Assembly (NCBI GenBank): GCA_036172245.1
Contig: JAYWIR010000025.1
Span: forward strand, 2,728,001 to 2,792,000
DNA: 64,000 nucleotides
Origin: Raillietiella orientalis
Taxonomy: Eukaryota
Direction of reading: 5' to 3'
Below are positions 1 to 12,446 of the stretch, in pieces. The number at the start of each line of letters is the position of its first letter. Position 1 is the stretch's first letter. Below the pieces are notes generated by a model that saw only the letters and a program-made list of their open reading frames with translations, was not told where the DNA came from and did not search any database. The translations under genes and the position numbers were made by a program.

Positions 1-449
1 CTGAGGATTTACCAAGTGCTCGCAGCTTCTTGCGTTTGAATGCAAGACTCGTCACCGCCCCTGCAGTCGAAGAAATGGACCGCATTCGTGCTGCTGCGAG
101 CTGGAGAGAGATCTCCGACAACACTGTAAACCAGTGTTTTATTTTACAGTGCTTTCAAGGAATGCAAATGCTACGTGAACGTGCAGGGCAGTGACTACCG
201 ACACGCCACGCGCGGGCGCGCCATCCATCAAAGAAGGTGATTCTTCCTGCTACTGCTGAGAATTCTCTCAAACTGAAATCTTCCATTTTGCTGCATTTAC
301 AGGAGGCAGGGTGTTCCGATTCAAAGAACCTCGTGCTCCAAACATCACTGCAGGTTTGGAACGAAGATGGGTCTTTCGCTCCCAACCAGAACTTCCACTT
401 CTTTCGACTACCACAAGATGAAGGTCACAGATTTCCCTCTCGAATCGAA

Positions 450-3400
450 GAAAGTCTTTATGGAGAACTTCCGCGAGAGCACAAGGAGGTACGAGCGGAA
501 GCAGACGGCGAAAAGCTCTCTTTCGCTGATCCATTCCGATGCACCTCGGAGGACGTCGAGGCAACGGGGCAGAGTCCCTCGAGATTCTGTTCCACGAGCA
601 TGATCGCTCGCGGGCGGACAATCGACCTACGCGAGCACTCTGATTCAATGCGAGTCTCCCTCCAGCAAGGGTGGTCACGTGGAAGAAGTCTGACCGCGGC
701 GAAGGCGACTTCCTCCTCTATTCTTCTTTCTGGTTCATTCCCCCAGGGGCGGCTTCGCTTTCCTCCCGACCGTCGGCAGCCGCAGTCCATAATAAGAATT
801 GCAGACCAACTCAAAGGACAGCGGGAAAACCGAAAGACCAGAGAAGGAAGTTCCCGAGGGCCGTCCCCTCGGCGATATCTCCGGATTTCCGGCCAAATAC
901 TCGCGTGTTCCATGTGGGTCGGCCAGCTCCGTGCTAGGTAGGTCGTCACCGGACCCTTTACCGAGTAGGAGTAGGGGAAGATGCGAAAGGGAGTGCCGAA
1001 TAAGGTCAGTGGAAGCTCTTGAAGAGAGACCTCGGTGAGAAACGAAGAACGAGTAAGCGTTGCGTTTCGCAGCCCTGGTGACCAAGCAACGGCTTCCATC
1101 CCATGAAATATTATTTCCACCGACGATAAGGTCTCCTATCGGTTCTGGAGATCTAGCAGATCAGTAACTTCTCACGCTTGGAAAATCAGGTCACACTTTT
1201 CGTGTGCTGCGAAGTCGGCGGTCGAAAGTGCCATCTGTCGGAGCTTCTTCCTCGGAGATCTGAGGGGGAGAGAGAGTGAAAGCGACGAGGCAGAAGTCAG
1301 AATGGCTGAGTGGGAGACGGATGCACAGGAGGACCGGTCCGCGCGAGAAAAATTGCTGAGATGGAGATTCCGCAGTTCGAGCTCGGTAGGGCGCCGAGCT
1401 GCCACGGGCTGATACGGTGCTTAGCAGCACCCATTCCGATCTGGGACTCAGGGGAAAGGGAAGTGAGATAGGCTTTCCTCGATCTGCTTCTCCTCCTTGC
1501 GTCCTTGTATCTGCCCACAGGCACACTTGACGCTCTCCAGTAAAACACCACCGGTGACCAGTTTTCGGCTTCGTGTCTTCTCCTGGCACCGCGGCTACAT
1601 CCTTCCCCTAGATGGGAGGTGAAACGAGGTTCTCTGGGACACCTTGCAAAAAGCAGAGTAGTCCTTCGTTTGCACCTTGATGAACAGCATGAACTGGAGA
1701 AGCCGGTCAGATAGACCAGAACGGCTTGACGCGAGCGCAGCACGCTCCAAGATCGAAAGATCACGCGACGGAGATGCGAAGAGCGGGAAATGCCAGCCGC
1801 CCCTCTCTCCAGGGGATGATGCAAAGGAAGACTCACCGAATACGAGCCAGGTGCGCTGTCGGGGGCTTTACTTGCCTCAGGTGAAGTTCCGAGCTGGCTT
1901 CCACCACCGGCAGCCATTCGTGCCGAGACCTCTGCATCCAAGTCGGGGGCCGCTCTGTCACGGAGTTTGGAAGTTCCCCAGGACCTGCAGCTCTTTCTGG
2001 GAGACTCCCTCCGATTCGAGAGCGACGCGGAGTACATAGAAAGGGTGCGCTGTCGGACCCAGTCCGAAAACGTCCTCAACGGAACCACGGAGCTGCTCCT
2101 CCCGTGAGATGCTGCTTCAAGACGCACCCAGCATCTTGGGGTAGGAACGACGCTTTCTGTTTGGTTGGCTCCTGGATTCCTCGCGCATTTCTCGAAGTCT
2201 GTTTTTCCAAGCTCCCACCCCTCAGACATCCGAGATCATCATCCCTGCTCATATTTCCGTTAACGTCTCTCGTGAAACTTCCGCCTCCTCTCGATGCTCT
2301 GCATTCTTCCTCTGCTGCCACCACCTCTCAACAGCAACAGCCCTGCGTCTCTTTCCATCCTTTCGGATTAATCGGAAGGAGGAGGCAGAGAGAACTCACC
2401 TTCAATGACACTCATGATGGCTCGCACCAACCGCAGGATCGCCCGGTGGATTGGATCCGGAGCGCCATCTTCGAACGAACATGGGGATGCTGGAAGTCGT
2501 GCTTCCTCCCTCACTCCCGAGGATACTACTCTTCATCTTGACCTGCACGTCTCTCCGTCTTGCATCCTCAGTGACTCGGTCATGCGTCGTAACAGCTTCG
2601 TCTTTTTCGAAGGAAAATCCGATCTTGATTTCCAACCAACGAGACCCCTCCTCCCCCGCCCAATGAGTGGCCAGGATTACAAGTCGAATTTCGAGTTCTT
2701 TCCAGGAACTAAAGATTCGGTTGCCCTCGGAGGTCCCCCTCTGGTTGTGAAAATGGAGCTGTCTCCCCCTCGGGGTGGGGCGGAGTGGGGACCCTCCATC
2801 TCGTACCATGGAGCTGGTGGATTGATGATGCCTCTCCAGAGTGAAAGAAGGGCGGAGTGAGAGAAGGGCGCTGCTCCCTTCGGGAGCGATCCTTCGGAGT
2901 AATTGGGAAGTGTCCTTCTGGGGTTCTTTCCAGAGGAGGATAGCAAGGAATACCTCTGGAGAAGAAGTTCCAGGAGCGGATCCCTTCCGAGTTCCCTTCG
3001 GAGAAGAAACGATGAGCGACCCCTACAAACTGGGAGTTCCCTTCGAAGGGAGGAAGGTTCCCTCCCAAACTGAGAGGAAAGTACTCCTTCCTCCGGATCC
3101 CTTCCTGGATTCACGAAGTGGCATCCTATCGGATTACCCCCTAACTTGAAGAGTTAACACGCACCCTCTGGTAGCGTGGAACAATGCGAAAGAGCATCGT
3201 GATCCCCTAGGCGAACTGTCTCTAGTACTTAGTGGACCCAAAGAAAGAAATCCGAGAAAAAAAAAGAAGCTGGAAGGGAAACAGCGGGAACAGAAAAGAA
3301 CCCCAAAGAATTTCCATCATCTTAGCTAACGATCTCCCCGTGAGGTCGCTACTGGCCTTTTTTTTTTTTTTTTAGAGTACTCGGGAACCCTAGTCAACGT

Positions 3401-3900
3401 GCCCATCCGTGGCCGGACGTGACCTTGACCCTGGAAAGCATCGGCGTTTTGACAAGCCTTCCTCCAGTTAGAGTGCCCAGGAAAGGGACAATCCGAATTC
3501 CGTGGAGAACCAGGAACACAGCTGGTACGGCTGGATGCTGCCAAGTAGAACTTCTCAAACTCCTTGAAAACTCTCAACAGCGTATCCCATGAGGACATCT
3601 TTGTGAATTCCTTCTCTGCCACTTTCTGTGCTCATCATCTCTTCTGTCCTCTTCTCCCCTTCGGGCCAACGGTCAGGTAAATTTCGCGTCTACCGGTGGT
3701 TTCGCTGTACGCTTCCTCGAACGTTGTGTGTTGGCAGTGTTGGGTTGGCCTGCAGCCAGTAAGTCAATCTTCCCAGTGTTCTGCGCAGAAGGCCCTATTC
3801 CTTTGGCTCCTCGGTTCACAAGAGACACACTTGTAGGAACACCGCCGGGATATTTCATCACGGAATCAGCTTCGACCTCTGATCCTCTTGCTCTGTGGCA
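450..3900 (-). mobile_element. Decayed Ty3/Gypsy retrotransposon relic (copy A)
   Basis: Integrase-like LQELPLTLFG..FPYSYSVKGP (about 930-1025), RNase H-like remnants (about 1900-2110), and a linker block at 2580-3320 shared with copies B and C. Boundaries approximate. Confidence 0.6.
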
Positions 3901-6900
3901 TCTCCCAACTGAGCACCCTCGCTAGTTTTAGCGTCCCCCTAGACCTTTCCCTTTTGAGGTTGCCAGCAAACGGACGTATCGACTTGGAAGAGCAACGCAT
4001 AACCAAAACTCTTCACCGACTTTGTCGTTCTTTGTTTCCCTTGCGAGCAAAGCAGGCATCGACGGCATGCGGGGTCGGTGGAGGTTTACAGGAAATGGGA
4101 ACTTCACGCTACAATTAGCAAACGCGAATACACTAATTGCTTCCATCACGTCAACGGAAGCTACATTTCCCTGTGTGCCCGGGCGTACATGTAGGCTGTT
4201 TACGTAGGAGTGTGTACACGTACATACAGTTGCGCATATCGTCCTGCTCATTTCTACTTTCGTGCGTTTTTTCTTCCTCTGCGTGGACGCAACCCAAGAC
4301 CTGCGTCCACGGTGCTCGTGCCACGGCCGACATGCCGCCAGCAAGCGTTTGGGACCAGAGGGAAAAGAGTTTTCTGAGCTGACTGCACTTTGCGTTTGAA
4401 CCGGCGCGCCCGCCTCGAAACGGGTCGCATCCCGACCACGTGACGTTGGACGCTGGAAGCTGCTTCGCGATTGAATTTCATAGCCCACGGTGATCTCTTG
4501 CATGATTTTCAATCAAAACAGGGGGATTCCATTCACGACCGGTTGCAAACTCCTTAACGACGTCGTCACCTTAGAGGGAAAGTTGCAGAGAGATTCATAG
4601 GGAGAGAGAGAGGCAGCAACATTTTGCTGCGAGTCGCTCACTTCAGTCCCGCGTGATTATCCTGCAAATTTATTTATTTATTTTTTTTTTAGAGGAGGAA
4701 AAAAAAATAAAGTGGAAATCCCTAATTTATGATTACGATTGATCCCCTGGATGCATTTATTCGCAGCACGACCAATCTCCATCACTAATTGCTCTGGGGG
4801 CCCCCTACGCGAGTGGCGAAAACGCGGGGACCTCCGCAAAACTGCAAGCTGCCAGCGCTGTTTCCAGATTGCAGGCGGGGACTTCGGCGCGATTCCCGAT
4901 AAGCGGAGGACTCCGGGAGGCGAGCGCGATTCCGGGAAAAAGGAAGTCTTCCTCGCGACACGCGTAGACTCCTCGCCGACGGGGATACAAAGCGAGCTCG
5001 AACGCGGAAACATGAATGATACCAGGGAGGAATGAAAATTTATCGCCATGGTAATTCATCGGAACGGCTGCCTCAAAATAGCCTGCGAATAAACGCTGAG
5101 GGGAGGATGGTCCAACGCGTTGAAGATCGCTTGTTGCTTTGCCGTGCCAGCAAACCTTTTTCTGGTTGAGACTACGGCGAAGAGCCGATCTCCAAGATGG
5201 GCTCCCAGGATCACCACTTGCGGTGAACCGCGTACGTAGCCTGCCCCGACTTCCGTTTCCCGACGGATCACGGAGCCAGAAACAGGAGGAAAAAGTCCAG
5301 TACCACTCTCGCCGATCACCCCTTTGCTCTCTGCAGCGCGGTGCGATTCCTTTCCACGCTCCACTTTTGCCCGTGTGTAACTAATGATTTGGATAGCGAT
5401 TTAGAAAGTGCATGCATCTCAAGAGAGGAAATGTATAAACGTACATCCTCGAATCGGAGAGAGTCCTGAGAATCTTGATAGGATGATTAAGATGAGAACT
5501 TCGATGTGATAAAACGGAAGAGTGGAAAAAGAAAAAAAAGCAAAAAAAAAGGGGGGACGCAAAAAAAAGCACACACACGCAGACACAAAAGGAAGCAAAA
5601 AAAATTGATCTGTCTCCATTAACTCAATCGGTGCGGAGGAGATGCGTCTCCCCTGTATGTCCCAGGCCCTACGAGTGCATCAGAGGGTTCCCGAGTAGCA
5701 AGGCTAAGCAAACCAAAGCTTTCATTTGATCAGAAGCATCGCAAGGAGCAGATCTTATTCAGCCAGCTTGCGATTCTGCTGGGATCTTCTGCCTCTTTGG
5801 ACCGTTTGTGTCTTCCTCTGCCACCACAAATCATGGTTCATTGGGAACATATATATATATTTAGTTTTTTCGCCAAGAAGATGCTGCGAAGCAGGATCTT
5901 CTTGGGGAAGATCTTTTTCCTATAAAGCTTTCAGGAAGGAAACATCGGTGCGAGCAAGCGATCCAAGATGTTACTTTTTCTCATGCGATTCTTCTCTTCG
6001 GACCCGAAGAGTGCCACGAGAACCAGGCGCTTCTGCTGCCGTCCGCGGGTGCAGCTAAGTGACCCACGCGCGCGTGCGAAAAAAATGCCCCCCGAAAATG
6101 CAACATTCGACCCAGAAGCACTCCAGCTGAATGCATTCATTCAGTCATCCGATGCAAAACTGGCTACCCAGCAGCGTATACCAGCGGCTGGCAGCCGCCT
6201 CTGAATCGTATTGGTATGTGCTGGCACGAAAGGAGCTCAACCCGCGGCTACAGACAACTTGTTTGAAGATTTCTGCCGAAGAATTGCCAGCACTTTCCTG
6301 CTTTCAGATGTTTCGTGGGAACTCTTTGAAACAAACGTAACCAACATCACCGTAAATGATCTCCCTACCTATTTACCATGCATTACATGTGCATATACAT
6401 ATACAAGCATGCATATATTGCGATTGCACCACGATCGAAGTTCTTGGATTCTGTTGTTTTTTCCCATAGTATAATGTAGAAGGGTTAGAGGAAGCTGGGC
6501 TTGTCTTGTTGTCATGGGTCGAGGCTTCATTTTCGTTTGGTATCGGTTGCCCATCGTGTGTAACCGGACCCGGAGGAGAAACAACCTAAAGTGACCCCAC
6601 TTGTGGAACGATGTTGGATTACGGGGGGCACCTGCGCACCCAAGAGGCGATCCGAATTTCGCGTCCGCGTTGACCTAGGGGGTCCATGCCTCCTAGGTCC
6701 ACTTTTCCTCCCTCCGTGGAAGCTGCTGCTCACATTCTTCCTCGGCTGCTGATGCAGTAAAGCTTTCGGCTCACGCACGCTGATAAGCTTCATTCGTGCG
6801 GGAGGTCGATAACGGACCCATCAAAAGGATTTCAAATTCCGGTTGACTGCCATTGGTTCGACCAGCTGCGATTCGGATCGACAAAGATTGTCATCATGAT

Positions 6901-9900
6901 CGCACCGTGCCCCTTGCCAGAGATGCTCGCTCTGTTCTATCCGTCAGGCGGGTTCCCCCGTTGCTACGAGGGCATGTGCCGATGAATATTCTTCATCGTT
7001 ATCCTGTTTCTGCCTGAATCTATCGAATGCTTCGTTATTGTCCTGACTCCTGGTCTCGGTAGTTTACGGCTGCGATGAGGAAAGAGAAGGCCGTGGAGCA
7101 TCAAGAAGTACGTTTCTTTTCTTCTTTTTGTTTTATTGCATATGGAGGAAGGGAACGAGAAGAAACGCTCCATTTCACCTTTTTTTGTTTTTTCTTTTTT
7201 TTTGCGCATCTGCGCGCGCGAGCCGCCGCACCTCCTGCTCGGCGGAATGAGCTGTTAATTGGAACGGCGTTGTTACGTTTGCTCGAATGTTCGAGACGCT
7301 TCGGCGCGACCCCTTGAAGATACCGAGCTGGGTCTGCCCTTTGGGTATTTACGCACGCGCTTTCGCAACCCCACCCACCCCACTTCCAGTATGCGCGCGC
7401 GACTGCAAACCGCGGTACTTGGTGCGTTTCGCTCGCTGTCCGCTCTTTTGCGCATCTTCCCTTCCGGACCCCAGAGACCACCGCTCCGGGTGCCGGGGGC
7501 GATGGCGTCCTCCCGCGTCGAGAGGGCTGCAGAGCGCCGCTGGAGGAGGGCTGGAAAAAGGGCGGAGCGACGCGCTGCCGATCTGGCCGGAGAGCCCCCC
7601 CACCCGCACTTCCGCCGCCGTCCTCTCCGGTCGCTCGGTCCACTCCTCGGACGTTTTTCCACTCCCTTCATTTTCTGTGCGTCCTGGAAAGGGGAAGCGC
7701 GCGAGGGCCTGGCCAACCCTTTCCCTGCGGCAGGGGACTCTGCTATCTGCGTGCGCCGCCTCTTGCCAAGGCGACGATGGACGGTACTGGTGGAGTGACC
7801 TACTTGCCCGAATGGGCGTCGCCAGCTCATCTTCTGGAAGTGTGCCCGCTGGTACCAAGTCCGGAAAGAGAGAGCTCGCGCGGACTCTGCTCTTCCGGAC
7901 CGTGCGTCGAGCCAGCCGGTGTTCCAGCGTCCCGCTTCACGGGATGGACGAGAAGGGAGGGGGGGTCGCAGCCATTTTCTGCCCTCGCGCGCCTTGTTCT
8001 CCTTCCCCCCGAATAGGACGCAGTGGCTTCCTGCACCGCGCGCATCTTCGCCGCCACGAGCCCCTTATCAGTCCATCATCACGTTATGACATGCGCGCAT
8101 CCTGAGACATCATGACGGATGAGACCGCGCATCCTCCCGCGCGAGGCCCTCCCATCAGATAAGGACGTTTCTAGGTCACGAGCGCGCATCCGAGATGAAC
8201 CGCGCGCACCACCTCCGCCGATGCCCGTTTTCTTCCCGCGCAACCGGCCGCTGCAGGTTTTTTCCCCCCCTCTTTCTTTTCTCCCTCAAACCATCTTCGG
8301 AGCGTTTCCCACCGCTATCCCCCTCCCTCTTCTTGTCTTTCGCTCGTCCTCTCGGGAGGAGACCCTCGCTGCTGGCTGTCCCGCCAAGCGTTCCCGTGTG
8401 AAGAGTGGCCGCCTCTGTTCTTAGTGGGATTTTCTTCTCGGGCGAGAGTGAAAGTGCCTCTGTCTTGTGCCTTCCCCTCTTTTTTAAAAAGAAACAAAAT
8501 GGAAGAAAAAAAATAAAACTAAAAACAGAGACGTAACGTGGGGGTCTCCTTGGAAGTGAGAAGAGCGCCCGCTTCCGTTCCGCAACCACTTCTAAGCGCC
8601 TTTCATCTTTGTTTAGCGCGAGGGGGAATTCTTCTCGCAAGAACGCGCCGCCGCTGCCTCCGCATCCGCCTTCCCTCCCCCTTCCTCATCTCTTTCCGCT
8701 TCTGGCGGGACGGGCATACGACCCGAAGGAAAAAGCGACCTGCGCCCACTCTGACAAAGTCATCGCGGAGACGCTCAAGGAGAGGAGGAGGCAAACTTTC
8801 CCATCTGATAACTCTGTGCGCACGCGCACGTCTCTCTGGTTGGGCGCGCTCGCCAGCGCCGAAGACGACGGGAAAACGGAAGCGAGAATGGGTGGGAAGG
8901 GTGGACTCGCGACCGGTGAAACGTGGACCACGCGAAGATCATCGGGGTAGCAAAAACACGTGCCCCCTGCCGCGCTCGGAAGATTTCGCCGAAGGTGACA
9001 TGGATATCGAAGCTCTCCCCGGAGATAAAGCTGGTCTTCTGCAATCCCGGAAATGCCTCTAGCGCGGCTCATCCTTCGCGAGAGCATGCTTTCCGCTGTG
9101 TACATATCTGATGGAAAAGTTGTTTTACTAACTGTCCTTCTTCTTCTGGTCCGAAAGCATCCTGCGGCACGGAACCGCCTGGCGAATTACTTCTCTGGTT
9201 TCTTAGAGGCGACGTGGTACTCGGGCACTGCTCGCGCAGCAGTGAACCACTGACGAGTATTTGGTTGCCATGGCGTTGGCTGGCAAAGCAAAGCAAAACA
9301 AACAAACAAACAAAATAAAATGAAAAACAACAGCAACACCAGAAAAAGAGGAAAAACAAAATCCGAATGCACCTAACCTAAAGATGCCCCCCCACCAACT
9401 CCCCCCCCCACCGTCAGAGCCTGTAATCTTTTCCCGAGCCCAACGCCCGGGCCTGGGGCGCGCGGGCAGTTTCGGATAGCGCGCTCGCTACAAACGGTGG
9501 CGCATGCGTCGCTGGATTGTTGTTGCGTTCGTCGCCGCACCAGTGGGGCGGGCACTAGGAGAGCCGACCCGTTTCCATCCCGACGACCCAGCAACAATGC
9601 TGGCCTTACACTAACGGGCGTTCCCTAGACGACGTTGGCGGATGGACGGGAACTCGCGAGCCGACGCGTAGCGCGGAAAGGGGCCTCGGACTTCTTTCCC
9701 TGCTTGGAGATGGGGTCTTGGATTTTTGGAAAGGGGAGCCCAGCCGAGGAACTTGAGACAGAAGCCAAGACCGGGCGCGAGCCGCATCTCTTGCGTGTCA
9801 CGTGAACGTGCAGAAGATGTTGGCGACCGCCTGCCTACCTTGGAGATCGAAAATGTAACGGAAGCGACGGTGGGACGGCATGTCAGCGGCAACCTTCCCG

Positions 9901-12411
9901 AGCAGAGAGAGGGGAGAAGAAAGCAAACAAGCGAGGAAGAATGAAAAGAAAAAAAAAAATGCCCACGCTCTGCGCACGCTCCTGTGCTGCTGTGCCTGCA
10001 GGCAGGGGAAGAGGACACAGTGGCCGCACCGAACCGGACGGTTGCCGCAGAGCTTCCCCCTCCTAATTGGTCTTCCCGCGGACAGGTCTCGCGCGTGAGC
10101 GCCTTTGCTTTCCGCCGCATACAGCGCTGCGATCGCCCCTTGCTCGGTTTCGAACGGGGGAGGGGGAGGGAGGTTCGTGTGGTTTCCCGCATGCAGCGAG
10201 CGCCACCGCAAGGTGGCTGGGCCGCCGTCCCTAGGGTGGATGCAACTCCACCTCCGTCGCGTTTTTCCCAGGAGGCGTGCGGACCAGCGCCGCTCAGCGC
10301 GCGCCCGACCCGGCCTGCCTTCCCGTTCCACTGCACACCCGGGGACGCCCGTGCCACGGGAAATCCAGGCGCTGTCCGTCCGTCCGGGCAGGAGGAAGAT
10401 TTTCGGCGTTTTCCCTTTTTCCCCGTCTCTTTCTCGGATTCGCTGCTTGGATCGCGTCGTGGTGCCAAGGCGACCAGGGGCGAGGCACCGTGGGTCGAGC
10501 CGTGCCGCGCGCACTCCTTAGGGTTTTCGGCTTCTTTCCCGCGGGTACTCGGGAAGTCCGTTCCTCGGGATCGACGATCTTTCGTTCCCTCGTTTTCCTC
10601 CTGTCGCGTTTTTCCCGTGGCTCCAGCGGCACTCCGCGTTCCCTGGATGCAAGACCTTCTCGGGTTCCGTCGGGGCGCGGGAGGGGAGGGTCACCGTGGG
10701 ATGCTGACCAGGTGCCCCCCCTATCTTCCTTGAAACCGGGAGGAGCGAGTCATTGGGGGAACGCGTTCGAGGGGCGGAGGTTGGCGATCGCTCAGGGGAA
10801 CGAAAGGACGCTGCGGCTCTTCCCGTTCCCCTTTCCTTCTCTCTTTCCCCTTCCTTCCTCCCTCTCTTTGGGTGGGAAGGGGGGCGGCGAACTGTGCCGA
10901 TTGCGCGCGCACTTTTTGAGAGCCGTCTTCGCCGATCCGTGCTTGCCCTCGGTGGTGATTTGCGCGAATCCGCGCTCGCAGCATCCGAAAATAAACCCCG
11001 TTTTCTCTCTCCCTCTGTTTTTCTCTCTCTCCCGTTCTTTCTTTTCCACCCGGTTCCCGGAAATCCGTCTTTCCGATGCTGCTGCATCCGAGATCGTAAA
11101 TACTCGCACCTGACTGACACGTCTGCAGCGCAGACGACGCGCGCACGTGCGCAGGCGCGCCGCCGCCGCCACCTCGAAACGGACCGAAGCCTTCGTCGAC
11201 CCCCCCCCTCCTTTCCTCCCCTCATTCCTTCTCCCGCCGCCGGGAAACGGAAGGTGCTCCGCTCCCGCACTCGACGGCTTGCGCGCCCTGGCGGCGGGCG
11301 AGCTCCTCCTGGTTTGTCCCCGAAGGAACGGCCCCGGGCGCCGCCGTACCGTCGTCGCAGGGACCGCACGGAGCCTCGGAGCGACCCTGCCGAGGAGCAT
11401 GGAAGCTCCCCCGGAGGGGGAAGAAGCGGACGGCGGCAGCACACATGCGCGAACCCCTCCGGTTGGCCCGCCGACCCTGCGTCTGCAGCTCTCCCGACCC
11501 CACCTCTCCTGCGCAAGACCCCCCTCCGGGAGGCGCTTTGCGTGACCGCTGTGAGAGGCGCGGCCGGAGAAGCGCCAGCAGAGGTTCATCAACCGAGGAG
11601 CTGCCCGGCCGAGTCAGCAGAGGGGTGGAGGGGGGGAATCGAAAAGGGCCGCCCCCCCCCTTCTCCTGCTCCTCCTCCGTCGCTCCAGCGCGTTGGCGCG
11701 CCTCCTTTCGCGTCGCGGCCTCATGGTCGGCCGCCACAGTACCCTTGATGGACATCATGGAGACGGCGCTGCGCGCCCCCCCCGAGGCAGGGGATCGCAG
11801 GGGGCGCCAGTGTTTTCGAAAGCAAGCAGAGGAGAGGACCCCCCCGCCTCCCCTGCTCCTCTTTCCTATTCCGAAAGACATCGACCCGAGAGGACGCTTC
11901 CTCTTTCATCCTCCGGAGCGACGCATTAGGCACGAAGCCGCCGCCATTTTGGCGAGGGTCTCCCTCACCGCGTCCTCTTCCTCCTAGCCTTGGTTCCTGT
12001 GAATTGAATCCAGCAAATTGCAGCGATTTGTTTGTTCCCGTGGCGACAGCAAACACCAGGAAAGCAAAAAAAAAAAAAAAAAGTCGGAGGACGAAAGACT
12101 TGCTGCTCCACCGTGGTGAGCGGGAGCAAATGTGTGTAACGCATGTAAGAAAAGGAAAACATTCCAGAATTTTTCTTCCGTCTGGAGGCAAAAAAAAAAA
12201 AAAAAGGAAAGGAAGGAAGAGGAAGGAGGAACGGGAAACGGATTGCGGATGAGCGTTTTCGAGCGTTCTTTTTTTTTTTCCTTCTTTTTTTTTTTTTTTT
12301 TCTCGCCCCCCTCCCCTTCTTGCGCCAAGAGGCCCCGGGAGGCCTCATTGTTAGAAGCGTCGGCCATCTTGCGCGGGTGCATTTTTGCAGCCCATCGCGG
12401 ATTCGCACATG

Positions 12412-12446
<35 letters not shown>

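Noticed and set aside
5411..5425. 15-mer CATGCATCTCAAGAG repeated at 23214
   Set aside because: An exact 15-mer match is expected by chance in 64 kb.
6672..6699. Small GC-rich hairpin GACCTAGG...CCTAGGTC as a Helitron end
   Set aside because: No CTRR terminus at the expected distance and no second copy.
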